From NCBI GenBank assembly GCA_964564575.1, contig CAZMBB010000005.1:294-64293 (forward strand): DNA of 64,000 nucleotides. The letters run 5' to 3'. Below, piece after piece: positions 8,601-18,209 of this stretch. Made by a program: the position numbers and the translations under genes. The stretch comes from an uncultured Dehalococcoidales bacterium (GTDB lineage Bacteria > Chloroflexota > Dehalococcoidia > Lucifugimonadales > Lucifugimonadaceae). Every line of letters starts with the position of its first letter. The stretch's first letter is position 1. The notes below the pieces were generated by a model. The model saw only the letters and a list, made by a program, of their open reading frames with translations, was not told the origin of the DNA and did no database searches.

Positions 8601-9365
8601 ATGACAAGTGAAGTTCAAGATGCTGATGGTGCGTGTTGCGCGTATCGACGCCTGGTTGAGACGGTGCGAACATTGAGGGATCCGGGTGGTTGTCCTTGGG
8701 ATGCGGAGCAGACGCATCAGTCGTTGAGGTCGAACCTGTTGGAGGAGGCGTATGAGACGTTGGATGCGATAGAGAAGGGGGATGCTGAGGGTTTAGAGGA
8801 GGAGCTTGGGGATCTGTTGATACAGGTCGTATTTCATGCGGATATTGCTCGTCGAGCTGGTGATTTTGATGCGGATTCGGTGTGTCAGAGGGTTGCGGAG
8901 AAGTTGATAAGGAGGCATCCGCATGTGTTTGGGGATGCTGAGAAGCTCGATACTGGCGAGGACGTTATGGATAGGTGGGAACGGATCAAGCGTGAGGAGG
9001 CTGGCGGAGTAAGGTCGATAGTGGCGTCGATTCCCAAGTCTCTGCCGGCGTTGGCACAGTCGGCGGTTTTGCAGCGACGGGCGATGCGTGCGGGGCTGGA
9101 TGTCGGGTCGGGGTCGGATTCGGATGGTTTTGTGGGACGTACCGAGGGGGAGGCTGATCGTGACGTTGAGTTGAGAGCGGGGGAGTTTTTGGCTGCTGCG
9201 GTGCGATCGGTTCAGGCGCAGGGTGTTGATGCGGAGACGGCGTTGTTGAAGGTGAGTTCGGAGTTGCGGGAGCGTGTGTTGAGGGCAGAGGAGATGGCAG
9301 GAGGGACGGCTATTGCCGAGTTGCCGGCCGAGGAGAGGGCGCGGATCTGGGATCAGTCTCGTTAG
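8601..9365 (+). CDS. mazG: nucleoside triphosphate pyrophosphohydrolase MazG
   Basis: Contains LRDPGGCPWDAEQTHQSL...LLEEAYETLDAIE...ELGDLLIQVVFH...RRHPHVFG. Confidence 0.85.
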   Translation: MTSEVQDADGACCAYRRLVETVRTLRDPGGCPWDAEQTHQSLRSNLLEEAYETLDAIEKGDAEGLEEELGDLLIQVVFHADIARRAGDFDADSVCQRVAEKLIRRHPHVFGDAEKLDTGEDVMDRWERIKREEAGGVRSIVASIPKSLPALAQSAVLQRRAMRAGLDVGSGSDSDGFVGRTEGEADRDVELRAGEFLAAAVRSVQAQGVDAETALLKVSSELRERVLRAEEMAGGTAIAELPAEERARIWDQSR

Positions 9366-10411
9366 GGATTGGCTTCAACGGCTTTGCCATCGAACTCGGT
9401 GATTTCGCCGACTACGGTTCCAGTAACGCCTCGGGAGTTCAGTTGGGTGATGAGAAGGTCTGCTCTGTTCTCAGGTATTGAGATCAGCAGACCGCCGGAG
9501 GTTTGAGGGTCGCACATCAGGAGTTTGTCGGTTTCGGTGAGAGATTCATGCCACCTGACGCTGTCGGCACAGGATTCGATATTGCGGTGAGTACCGCCGG
9601 GGGCGATGCCGTCGTTGAGGAGTTCGGTGACACCGGGGAGTAGAGGGAGAGCGGAACGGCGGATGTGTGCGGTGGTGTTGCTGGCCTTCATCATGGTCAT
9701 TAAGTGGCCGATGATGCCGAAGCCCGTGATGTCAGTTGCGGCGTTGGCGCTCGCGATAACCATTGCTTCGGCGGCGTGTCGGTTTAGACGGAGCATTGAG
9801 TCGGTGGCGACGTCTAATGCGTCTCCGAGTTTCCTGCCGTTTTTGAGGGCGGTGGTGATGACGCCAGTGCCCAAGGGTTTGGTGAGGACTAGGGCGTCGC
9901 CGGGTTTTGCGGTTGAGTTTTGGATTTGTTTGCCGGGTTCGACGATACCAACGACGGATAGGCCGTATTTTGGTTCGGTGTCGTCTACGGTATGACCGCC
10001 GACGATGATTGCACCTGCTTCTGCGATTTTGGATGCTCCTCCGCGCAGGATTTCAGCGGGGATGTCTGACGGGAGGGTGCGAGGGAAGGCGGCGATGTTT
10101 AGCGCGGTGATGGGTCGTCCGCCGACGGCGTAGACGTCGGACATTGCGTTTGCGGCAGCGATTGCGCCGTAGGTGAATGGGTCGTCGACTATGGGTGCGA
10201 AGAAGTCGACGGTGAGGACGAGCGCGACGTGTTCGTTTAGACGGTAGACTGCGGCGTCGTCACCGTTTTCGAAGCCTACGAGCAGATCGGGGTCTGACGC
10301 GGCTCCATCGATCAGCCCGCCCAATACCTGGGCGAGTTCGCCTTGGCTAAGCTTTCCGGCTCAACCAGCGCAACTGGCGAGTTCGGTTAGCCGTGGGACT
10401 TTTTCGCTCAT
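9362..10411 (-). CDS. selD: selenide, water dikinase SelD, selenocysteine-containing (UGA at 10363..10361)
   Basis: The track ORF (9362..10324) begins mid-protein. In-frame upstream translation gives MSEKVPRLTELASCAG-U-AGKLSQGELAQVL, then GGLIDG... TGA sits in the SelD G(C/U)GxK active-site loop. Confidence 0.9.
10316..10336 (-). promoter_or_regulatory. candidate SECIS hairpin of selD
   Basis: On the minus strand, CUCGCCCA-GGUAU-UGGGCGGG forms an 8-bp stem (one G-U pair) with a GGU-containing loop. It starts 24 nt after the UGA. This was folded by hand. Confidence 0.45.
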
Positions 10412-10575
10412 GTTGAGGATGTCAGTTTCATTCGATTGACGCGATTCGGGTTCGAGTTCGCGCGCTTTAATCAATGGTAGTTTTCGGGGTTTCCTTGACG
10501 TTGCAGGTGGGTGAACTCAAAATGGATTACATGACCTGCCGTGAACCGCGTTGTCGCTAAGCCAAAACTCTCGCC

Positions 10576-11901
10576 ATGAACGATCTCCCTCTCGCCGATG
10601 TGCTCCCAATCTCCGCTTCCCTAAACAGTGATGGTCGTTTGGCGATCCAAGGTCGGGATGTGCGTGGGATCGTGGAGGAGTTTGGCAGTCCGCTTTACAT
10701 CTACGATGAGGCGACGATTCGGTGGATGTGCCGCGAGTTCGTAGAGAATTTCAGGCAGTTCTATCCAGAAACCGACATCGAGTACTCGACTAAAGCGTTC
10801 TCGAATCCGGCGGTATTGAAGGTGATCGAGGAAGAGGGGTTGCACATTGATGTAGTCACGGGCGGTGAGTTGGCATTTGCGCTGGCGGCGGATTTTCCGG
10901 TCGAGAAGATCAACTTTCACGGGAACAATAAAACTCGGCAGGAGTTGATGGAGGCGGTTGATGTCGGGATAGGACGGATCACAATCGATTCGTTCCATGA
11001 GATCGAGTTGTTGAACGAGGTCGCGGGAACGTTAGGCAAGACCCAAGCAGTGAATCTGCGTTTGTCGCCGAGCATCGATCCGCATACTCATCGCTTGACG
11101 AGCACCGGGATTCTGGATTCGAAGTTCGGGTTCTCGATAGAGACGGGTGATGCGGAGAAGGCGGTGGATGCTGCGTTGTCGCAACCGAATCTTGATGTGA
11201 AAGGTCTGCACTTCCACCTTGGTTCTCCCCTTTTCGAGTTGGAGCCGTACGACGAGGCGATCGAATACGTTTGCGCGTTCGCTGCTCGAATGAAGTATGT
11301 CCATAGGCTTGATATGCAGGAGTTCAGCCCGGGAGGCGGGATGGCGATCGGGTACCTGAGGTCGAAGTTGCCGCCGTCGATAGAGGAGTATGCGGAGACG
11401 ATCGCGAATTCGCTGAGGGCCGCGTGCACGAAGTATGGGTTGGATGAGCCACGGATGACGATTGAGCCGGGGCGTTCAATCGTGGGACGTGCTGGTGTCG
11501 CCGTGTACACCGTCGGCGGGATCAAGCGTATTCCGGGAGTCCGCACCTATGTCAGCGTTGACGGTGGGATGGGAGACAATATTCGCCCTGCGCTGTACGA
11601 GGCGGAGTACGAGGTGATGTCTGCTGATGATCCTTGTGGCGAGTTCAAGGGAACTGCGACGATCGCTGGGAAGTTCTGCGAATCTGGGGATGTGTTGGCG
11701 AAGGATGTGAAGTTGCCGGATGTGAAGCCGGGCGACTTGTTGGCGTTGCCGGCATCAGGTGCTTACTGTGTGCCGATGGCGAGCAACTATAACCTTCAGA
11801 CGCGGCCGGCGATCGTGATGGTTACCGAGCAGTCGGATGTGCGGTTGATTCGACGTAGGGAGACGTACGCGGACCTTCTGGCGACGGCGATATACGAGTG
11901 A
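10576..11901 (+). CDS. lysA: diaminopimelate decarboxylase
   Basis: 441 aa with YIYDE, YSTKAFSN, FHGNNK, HFHLGS, EPGRSIVG, GKFCESGD and SGAYC. Confidence 0.9.
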   Translation: MNDLPLADVLPISASLNSDGRLAIQGRDVRGIVEEFGSPLYIYDEATIRWMCREFVENFRQFYPETDIEYSTKAFSNPAVLKVIEEEGLHIDVVTGGELAFALAADFPVEKINFHGNNKTRQELMEAVDVGIGRITIDSFHEIELLNEVAGTLGKTQAVNLRLSPSIDPHTHRLTSTGILDSKFGFSIETGDAEKAVDAALSQPNLDVKGLHFHLGSPLFELEPYDEAIEYVCAFAARMKYVHRLDMQEFSPGGGMAIGYLRSKLPPSIEEYAETIANSLRAACTKYGLDEPRMTIEPGRSIVGRAGVAVYTVGGIKRIPGVRTYVSVDGGMGDNIRPALYEAEYEVMSADDPCGEFKGTATIAGKFCESGDVLAKDVKLPDVKPGDLLALPASGAYCVPMASNYNLQTRPAIVMVTEQSDVRLIRRRETYADLLATAIYE

Positions 11902-13004
11902 TGCTCGGGACGTCGCAGGAAGTTGGAGCGTCTGGGAAGTGGGACACGATCGGCAATTCCGCCGCGATCAAGCTGCTGAGCGGTGCAATTGATCAGGGGC
12001 GGGTTTCACACGCCTACCTGTTCGTCGGGCCAAATCGAGTTGGCAAGCGGACTCTGGCGCTTGATTTTGCTCGTGCGCTGAATTGCAACGCGGCGGATGT
12101 TGCGGCATCGGGCTGGGCGGAACTGGCGCCGGAGATCCCATGCGGCCAATGCTCGGCGTGTGATCGGATATCGCGGTCGAATTTCGCGGATGTGCAGGTG
12201 ATTACATCGGCGACGCAGACTTCGAAGGATGCGGATGCTGAGGCGGCGAAACGACGGGTGATGATCGGGATCGATCTGATAAAGGACCTTCAGTCGGACG
12301 CTTTGTTGCAGCCTTACGAGGGCAAGGTCAAGATCTTCATCATCGACGATGCGAATCGGATGTCGCCGGATGCGGCGAATGCGTTGCTGAAGACTTTGGA
12401 GGAACCGCCTGAAAATGTGCATATTTTCCTCACGTCACCTGCGGTAGAGCTGCTGCCTGAAACGATAGTGTCTCGTTGTCATTTGGTCAGGTTGCGGTCA
12501 GTGCCGCGTGAAGTGGTCGCGGATGCGTTGGCTGCTCGTTTCGGATTGGATAGTGACGAAGCGCAGGTGTTGGCGAAGATGTCGATGGGCGCGCCGGGCT
12601 GGGCGATCGCGGCGATAGATGATCCGTCGCTGTTGGATGCTCGAAGACAATCGGCGGCCCGGATACTCGACGTGTTTGGGTTCGATTTGGCGGATCGCTT
12701 CGACTATTCGGCGCAGATGGCGCGTCAGTTTAGAAGCGATCGCGGGTTGGCCTTGGATGAGTTAGCACGTTGGCTGGAGATCGTCCGGGATATTGCGATG
12801 ATCCAGAACGGTTTGCGTGAGCACGTGTTGTTCGATGACCGGGTGGAGGGGTTGGATCGGTTGTCGCAGGCGTTGACGGTAGATGATGTTGCTCGAGCTG
12901 CGTCGGTGATTGAGAAAACGCGAGACGCGTTGATGGTCAACGCGTACCCTCAGTTGGCGTTTGATGGGATGATGTTGGAGTTGCCGGGGGTTAGGATAAA
13001 GTGA
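11898..13004 (+). CDS. holB: DNA polymerase III subunit delta prime
   Basis: Contains HAYLFVGPNRVGKRTLA, a zinc-module CGQCSACDRI, and IFIIDDANRMSPDAANALLKTLEEPP. The start overlaps the lysA stop (ATGA). Confidence 0.85.
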   Translation: MMLGTSQEVGASGKWDTIGNSAAIKLLSGAIDQGRVSHAYLFVGPNRVGKRTLALDFARALNCNAADVAASGWAELAPEIPCGQCSACDRISRSNFADVQVITSATQTSKDADAEAAKRRVMIGIDLIKDLQSDALLQPYEGKVKIFIIDDANRMSPDAANALLKTLEEPPENVHIFLTSPAVELLPETIVSRCHLVRLRSVPREVVADALAARFGLDSDEAQVLAKMSMGAPGWAIAAIDDPSLLDARRQSAARILDVFGFDLADRFDYSAQMARQFRSDRGLALDELARWLEIVRDIAMIQNGLREHVLFDDRVEGLDRLSQALTVDDVARAASVIEKTRDALMVNAYPQLAFDGMMLELPGVRIK

Positions 13005-13052
13005 TAAACGCGGTGCCGATCACCGGGCCATAATTTATCAAGCAAACGGTGA

Positions 13053-13436
13053 ATGATAGGTATGTTGGCTACTGAGCACGAACTACTTGCCCAACAGTTC
13101 CTTGTCGACGCTGACAAGGAACTCACTGAGGGAGATATTTTTCAAGCCTCGGAGAAACTTTGGGGTGCGGCATCTCACGTCGTGATTGCCAAAATGCATC
13201 GCCGGGGGATCAAGCAGTCAGGCCACAAAGAGATGATCAGATCTGTCAGATCATTCGCTGAGGATTTCAACGACACTACGTTGAGAGGCCTGTTTTCCAG
13301 TGCCGAGATGTTGCACGCGAATTTCTATCACGGGTTCATGGACGAGGAAGAAGTAGAAGAGCATCGCGACATCGTCAACTCGTTCGTCAACAGGATGCTC
13401 GAGTTGACGAACCATCAAAACGGTGTGGAGAACTAA
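13053..13436 (+). CDS. PaREP1/HEPN-like protein
   Basis: Contains FLVDADKELTEGDIFQASEKLWGAASHVV and RGIKQSGH (an R-x6-H HEPN-type motif). The resemblance to the PaREP1 family is recalled. Confidence 0.5.
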   Translation: MIGMLATEHELLAQQFLVDADKELTEGDIFQASEKLWGAASHVVIAKMHRRGIKQSGHKEMIRSVRSFAEDFNDTTLRGLFSSAEMLHANFYHGFMDEEEVEEHRDIVNSFVNRMLELTNHQNGVEN

Positions 13437-13996
13437 CCCGCTGCGGTAGGCAAGGGCTGTTTTGCCAGCCAAGGCATGAATGGGAGCCATGCGGGGTCAA
13501 CGCGGTCGGCGCTGAAGCCTGCATAGGGGTTTGGTCGGGGTTCCATCGGTTCCCTTCGCAACTTCATGCCGGCTTCGCGGGGTGTGGAACCTGCTTTGCG
13601 GTGGTTGCATCGCTGGCAAGCAGTTACGACGTTTTCCCATGTGTGCTGGCCGCCCTTGCATCGAGGGATGACGTGATCGAGGGTCATGTTGGCGCTTCGA
13701 GTGCCGCAGTACTGGCATGAGTTGCCGTCGCGCAGGAAGACCTCTCGGCGCGAGAGTTTGCGGCGGTGAAGGGGTTTGCGGACCATGTAGACGAGGCGTA
13801 TGATCTCGGGGCGTTCGAACATCCTGGAAACGGAGTGGATGTATTCGACACCGCATTGAACCGTTTCGGCTTTTCCTTTGCCAAGTAGTGAAACGGCGCG
13901 GCGCACGTCGCAGATGTTGAGGGGCTGATAGTTCTGGTTGAGCACCAAAACCCTCGAACGTATCAGCACTAACGCGTAGTCACTCACAATGCCCAT
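13433..13996 (-). CDS. HNH endonuclease
   Basis: Contains CQYCG...LTLDHVIPRCKGGQHTWENVVTACQRCNHRK, preceded by VLVLNQNYQPL. Confidence 0.85.
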   Translation of the reverse strand: MGIVSDYALVLIRSRVLVLNQNYQPLNICDVRRAVSLLGKGKAETVQCGVEYIHSVSRMFERPEIIRLVYMVRKPLHRRKLSRREVFLRDGNSCQYCGTRSANMTLDHVIPRCKGGQHTWENVVTACQRCNHRKAGSTPREAGMKLRREPMEPRPNPYAGFSADRVDPAWLPFMPWLAKQPLPTAAG

Positions 13997-14067
13997 ATTT
14001 TATAGCGGTTGATGTTGGGCGTTGCCAACATTCGCGATTGGGTTGCGATATTGAATCCGAGTGGGCG

Positions 14068-14661
14068 TCACCGGACGTTGGAGAACAGCACCTCGACGGC
14101 AATGCCGATTTCGCGTGGAGCGAAGGGGAGGATGAAGGCTGGCAAGAGGGAGAATGCTTCGACGACGATGGAATGAGTGAGTTGATCGTGCAGCCATGAG
14201 CGGGGAGGGTGGCTGATGTAGATTCCCGAGTACGAGTCTGCGTATGAGACACCGCCGAATTCGAGACTGCCTTCGGGTACGACGTATGTAAATACCGCGA
14301 GTCCGGCGATCATGGCGGCGACTACCAAGAGGCCCATCACGGCACCTAGCAGTGCTCCGCCGATACCGTTGATCCACTTCAACGGCGTGAAATCGATTAC
14401 CAATCGGACGGACGTCGATATCCATCGCGCTATTGTGAAGACCGCGGCCGAAAAGAGCACGTAAGCGAATGACGTGGCAATCGAGAAGTAGTTGTTAGGG
14501 AGGCCGAGGAGCGGGATAACGCGACTTACGATCTGTGCACTGAGGAAGATCGTTCCTAAGGCCGCGACAAGCCAGATCGCGGTGCCAAATACTCCTGTGC
14601 GGAATCCCCAAAATGCCAAAAGCGCGATTGTGAGTATGAATATGCCATCTAGACTGCTCAT
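14068..14661 (-). CDS. cvpA: CvpA family membrane protein
   Basis: The protein from Met 14661 reads MSSLDGIFILTIALLAFWGFRTGVFG... and has 4 predicted TM helices. The upstream 52 codons of the track ORF look non-coding. Confidence 0.65.
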   Translation of the reverse strand: MSSLDGIFILTIALLAFWGFRTGVFGTAIWLVAALGTIFLSAQIVSRVIPLLGLPNNYFSIATSFAYVLFSAAVFTIARWISTSVRLVIDFTPLKWINGIGGALLGAVMGLLVVAAMIAGLAVFTYVVPEGSLEFGGVSYADSYSGIYISHPPRSWLHDQLTHSIVVEAFSLLPAFILPFAPREIGIAVEVLFSNVR

Positions 14662-14875
14662 CGATAGGTGGGTGTTGACCGAACGCCAAGGATCGGCGAA
14701 TCGCGTGGGGATGTTGTCAAATCTCGTCTCAAAAGCGCGCCCGACACAGTGGTAAACGCGCACTTCGTCCACGCTGTCTATAATCGAATGATAAGTTTGT
14801 CGCCTCGACCGAATCACGACGTTGCAGGGCGGTTTGGGACGGAAAGTGTGGAAGGCGAGAACATGTCCTCAGCGA

Positions 14876-15607
14876 ATGAACCTTCCAACAGAACACGCAC
14901 GAAAGCGGATCGCGTTGGACGGGCCGTCAGCTTCGGGGAAAACCACCATAGGCAAGATGATCGCCGAACGATTGGGGTTTGGATTTCTTGATACTGGTTT
15001 GATGTACCGGGCTGTGACGCTTATCGCTTTGAGGAGATCGGTCTCGCTCGATGATGTAGGCACGTTGGCTAGGATTGCCGATTCGGTGAAATTCGAGGTT
15101 ATTCACCAGGGGAAAAGAGATTGGCGGCTGGTTGTGGATGGCGAGGACTTGACCGACGTTCTACATGCTGAGCGGATTAATCAGGCTGTCTCACAAGTTT
15201 CTGCGATCCCTGAGGTCCGTAGGGCGTTGGTGCGGCAGCAACGAGCCGTTGCGGATAGCGGTCCGATTGTTATGGCTGGCCGCGACATCGGGACGGTGGT
15301 ACTCACGGACGCATCTTTGAAGATATTCCTGGTGACATCGGCGGAAGTCAGGGCCCGGCGTAGGGCTGAGGATGATGAGGGTAATATCGATCGTCAAGAA
15401 TACGAGGATGTGCTCAGGTCAATTCAAAGGCGTGACGAGATCGACTCGAACCGGACCGACTCGCCGTTGCGACCAGCGGAAGATGCAAAGATCGTCGATA
15501 ACGGTGATCTGACTGCGGCAGAGGCGGTCGAGAAGATCTTGTCGATGATTAACGATAGCGAGACTTTCTCCTCGGAAGGGAAAATCGTGGGACTGGAGGT
15601 AGGGTGA
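14876..15607 (+). CDS. cmk: cytidylate kinase
   Basis: Contains IALDGPSASGKTTIGKMIAERLGFGFLDTGLMYRA and GRDIGTVV. The start was chosen at ATG 14876; its position is uncertain. Confidence 0.9.
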   Translation: MNLPTEHARKRIALDGPSASGKTTIGKMIAERLGFGFLDTGLMYRAVTLIALRRSVSLDDVGTLARIADSVKFEVIHQGKRDWRLVVDGEDLTDVLHAERINQAVSQVSAIPEVRRALVRQQRAVADSGPIVMAGRDIGTVVLTDASLKIFLVTSAEVRARRRAEDDEGNIDRQEYEDVLRSIQRRDEIDSNRTDSPLRPAEDAKIVDNGDLTAAEAVEKILSMINDSETFSSEGKIVGLEVG

Positions 15608-16362
15608 AGGCGAACAAACAATGGTTCTTTCCGTTCTGCAACACGGCGTTCCGGGGGACGCTGGCGATGTTTGCTGATATCGAGGTGAAGAACCGCGAGC
15701 GATTGGCAGTGGGCGGTCCTGTGATTTATGTTTGCAACCACCTTGCCAATCTGGACCCGCCGATAGTGGCGTCCGTGCTTCCGCGGCGTGCCCTTTTTCT
15801 GGCAAAACGCGAACTGTTCAGCAACCCTCTGTTCACGTTCTTGCTTAAGGGCTGGGGCGCCTATCCGGTGAGTCGGTATTCGGCGGATTTACACGCGTTG
15901 CGATGGGCGCGCTCGATGCTGGAGGATGACCGAGCCGTTGTGATGTTCCCAGAAGGTACTCGCAGCCGGAACATGGAGGGCTTGAAGAAGGGGGAAGTTG
16001 GTACTGCCCTCGTTGCAGCTCATACCGGTGCGACGGTCATTCCGATCGGGTTTTATGGAACTGACAATCTGCAGAATATCCTGAAGGTATTGATGCCTAT
16101 AGCGAAGATCAAGATGTCGGTTGGTGAGCCGTTCAGAATCGACCAAGATGTGTCGGGGCGCAGTGAACTTGAAAGAGCCACACAAGAATTAATGACAAGA
16201 CTGGCTATGCAGCTGCCGGAGGAGCGTCGGGGGATATTTTCCGACAAAACTCCAGCAAACTTTGAATTTACCAGCGCGGTGGAATCTCCACTTCCGCTTG
16301 GTGTGAACGGTTCACGCACCGAGACGACATTGAGCGCGGAAACACGCAGAAAGTCGGTGTAG
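15604..16362 (+). CDS. plsC: 1-acyl-sn-glycerol-3-phosphate acyltransferase
   Basis: Contains the acyltransferase motifs CNHLANLDPP and FPEGTRS. Confidence 0.85.
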   Translation: MKANKQWFFPFCNTAFRGTLAMFADIEVKNRERLAVGGPVIYVCNHLANLDPPIVASVLPRRALFLAKRELFSNPLFTFLLKGWGAYPVSRYSADLHALRWARSMLEDDRAVVMFPEGTRSRNMEGLKKGEVGTALVAAHTGATVIPIGFYGTDNLQNILKVLMPIAKIKMSVGEPFRIDQDVSGRSELERATQELMTRLAMQLPEERRGIFSDKTPANFEFTSAVESPLPLGVNGSRTETTLSAETRRKSV

Positions 16363-16370
16363 GGGACGGT

Positions 16371-18209
16371 ATGTGTGGGATCGTAGGGTTCGCCGGTTAC
16401 GGTGATGCGAAGACGTTTCTACTGTCTGCGCTTCACGATCTGGAGTATCGCGGGTATGACAGCGCGGGCATCGCGGCAATCAATGGTAACGGGATCACGA
16501 CGATCAAGCGCGCAGGTCGAGTTTCCGCTCTAGAAGAGACGATCAACGGTCAGTTCGGGCAAGCAACGACCGGGATTGGTCATACTCGTTGGGCGACTCA
16601 TGGTGCTCCGACGGATACTAACGCGCACCCTCATCTCAGCTATGACGGGAAGGTAGCGATCGCTCACAACGGGATCATCGAAAACCACGGGAGGTTGCGT
16701 GCAAAGCTTGAGGCGGATGGGATTGAATTTACGTCCGATACCGACTCTGAAGTTGTCGCCCATCTGATTGCTCGTCATATGGAAGCGGGGGATTCGCTGC
16801 TTTCTGCGACGAAGAAGGCGAGCAGGCGGTTGAAGGGACTGTCGGTGATTTTGGCGATTTCGGCAGATGAGCCGGACGCGGTGGTGGGGATCAGGATCGG
16901 GTATGCAGGCAGCTTGATGCTAGGCGAATCTGGAGATGGTTGGATTCTCGCCAGCAACGCGGCGGCGATGCCACGAGACGTGAACGAGGTGACGCATATC
17001 GATCATTGCGAAGCGGTTCGCATCAGTCCGGATGACGCCATGATCGTAGATGTGGCTGGAAAGGTGGTCGAAAAGGAACCTGTAAGGTTACTCGCTGGAA
17101 GTCGCATCTCGGAGATCAACGAACATGCGCACTTCATGCACAAGGAGATCTCTGAGCAGGCGGCGGCTGTGCAGGGCGCGATGCGCGGGCGTGTCGACTT
17201 CAGCGACACGCGAATCGATATTCCTGAACTTGACATGTTGCCGGCCAAATTGGACCGTATCGTGCTGGCAGGGATGGGCACCTCGCATTTTGCAGCGATG
17301 GCCGGGGCACGGCGCATCGAGCGTTTGGCTAGGATACCTACATCAATCGAGTATGCGGGCGAGTTGGCGGATCGCGATCCGGTGATGGGCGAGCGGGACC
17401 TTTTGGTGGCGGTCACACAGTCGGGCGAAACGTACGACACGCTGGTCGCCATTGAGAAGGCGAAGAGTGTTGGAAGCACCGTAGCTGTCGTGACTGCCAA
17501 TGTTCACAGCGAAGCGTCCCGGGTAGCAGATGTTGCTATCGACATTGGATCGGGTGTGGAGGTTGCTGTGCCAGCTACCAAGACGTTCATCAACACGATG
17601 CTTGTGCTGTACATGATCGGACTCCAGCTCGGGCGCGATGCCGATCGGTTGAGCGATTCAGAGTTTGATCGGCATATCGAATCGATAGTCTCGCTGCCCG
17701 GTGCGATTAACCGCACTCTTGGGCAGGAGGCGGAAATCGAAGCACTTGCCCGCGAACGGTTCGATGGTGTGACGAATATGCTCATCTTGGGGCGCGGTGA
17801 TCTTTATCCTGTGGCTCTTGAGGGTGCGTTGAAGATGAAGGAGGCGGCGTACGTTCACGCGGAAGGTTGCTCGGCGTCTGAGATGAAGCATGGCATCAAC
17901 GCGTTGATCGAGCCATCGACACCGACAATCGCTCTAGTGCCGAAAAATGGCGAGTTGAGGACGAAGATGTTGACCAGCATCTACGAGGTGCAGAGTCGAA
18001 GCGGTGAGGTGATCGCTGTGGCGCATGAGGGAGATATCGAGGTGGAAGCGATAGCTGATGGACTGATACCGATCCCGTCGGAAGACGAAGAACATTCACC
18101 GTTTCTAATGACGATTCCATTGCAGCAACTTGCGTATCACACCGCTCTCGCCCGCGGAATCGACCCTGATCGTCCGAGGAATCTGGCAAAGACCGTCACG
18201 GTTGCATGA
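16371..18209 (+). CDS. glmS: glutamine--fructose-6-phosphate aminotransferase
   Basis: Has an MCGIVGF N-terminus (Cys2 nucleophile), two SIS domains and a C-terminal KTVTVA. Confidence 0.95.
   Translation: MCGIVGFAGYGDAKTFLLSALHDLEYRGYDSAGIAAINGNGITTIKRAGRVSALEETINGQFGQATTGIGHTRWATHGAPTDTNAHPHLSYDGKVAIAHNGIIENHGRLRAKLEADGIEFTSDTDSEVVAHLIARHMEAGDSLLSATKKASRRLKGLSVILAISADEPDAVVGIRIGYAGSLMLGESGDGWILASNAAAMPRDVNEVTHIDHCEAVRISPDDAMIVDVAGKVVEKEPVRLLAGSRISEINEHAHFMHKEISEQAAAVQGAMRGRVDFSDTRIDIPELDMLPAKLDRIVLAGMGTSHFAAMAGARRIERLARIPTSIEYAGELADRDPVMGERDLLVAVTQSGETYDTLVAIEKAKSVGSTVAVVTANVHSEASRVADVAIDIGSGVEVAVPATKTFINTMLVLYMIGLQLGRDADRLSDSEFDRHIESIVSLPGAINRTLGQEAEIEALARERFDGVTNMLILGRGDLYPVALEGALKMKEAAYVHAEGCSASEMKHGINALIEPSTPTIALVPKNGELRTKMLTSIYEVQSRSGEVIAVAHEGDIEVEAIADGLIPIPSEDEEHSPFLMTIPLQQLAYHTALARGIDPDRPRNLAKTVTVA

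Noticed and set aside
13053-13996. HEPN (PaREP1-like) plus HNH endonuclease as a two-gene defence module
   Set aside because: The genes are convergent and overlap at their 3' ends, so they are not an operon. Each is a common stand-alone family, and there is no MNT or other partner.
13997-14067. Promoter-like TTGGCA-N18-TATAAA and a hairpin tgttgg..ccaaca upstream of the HNH gene (minus strand)
   Set aside because: The -10 would end only 2 nt before the annotated ATG, so it conflicts with the start call. I cannot resolve this without TSS data.
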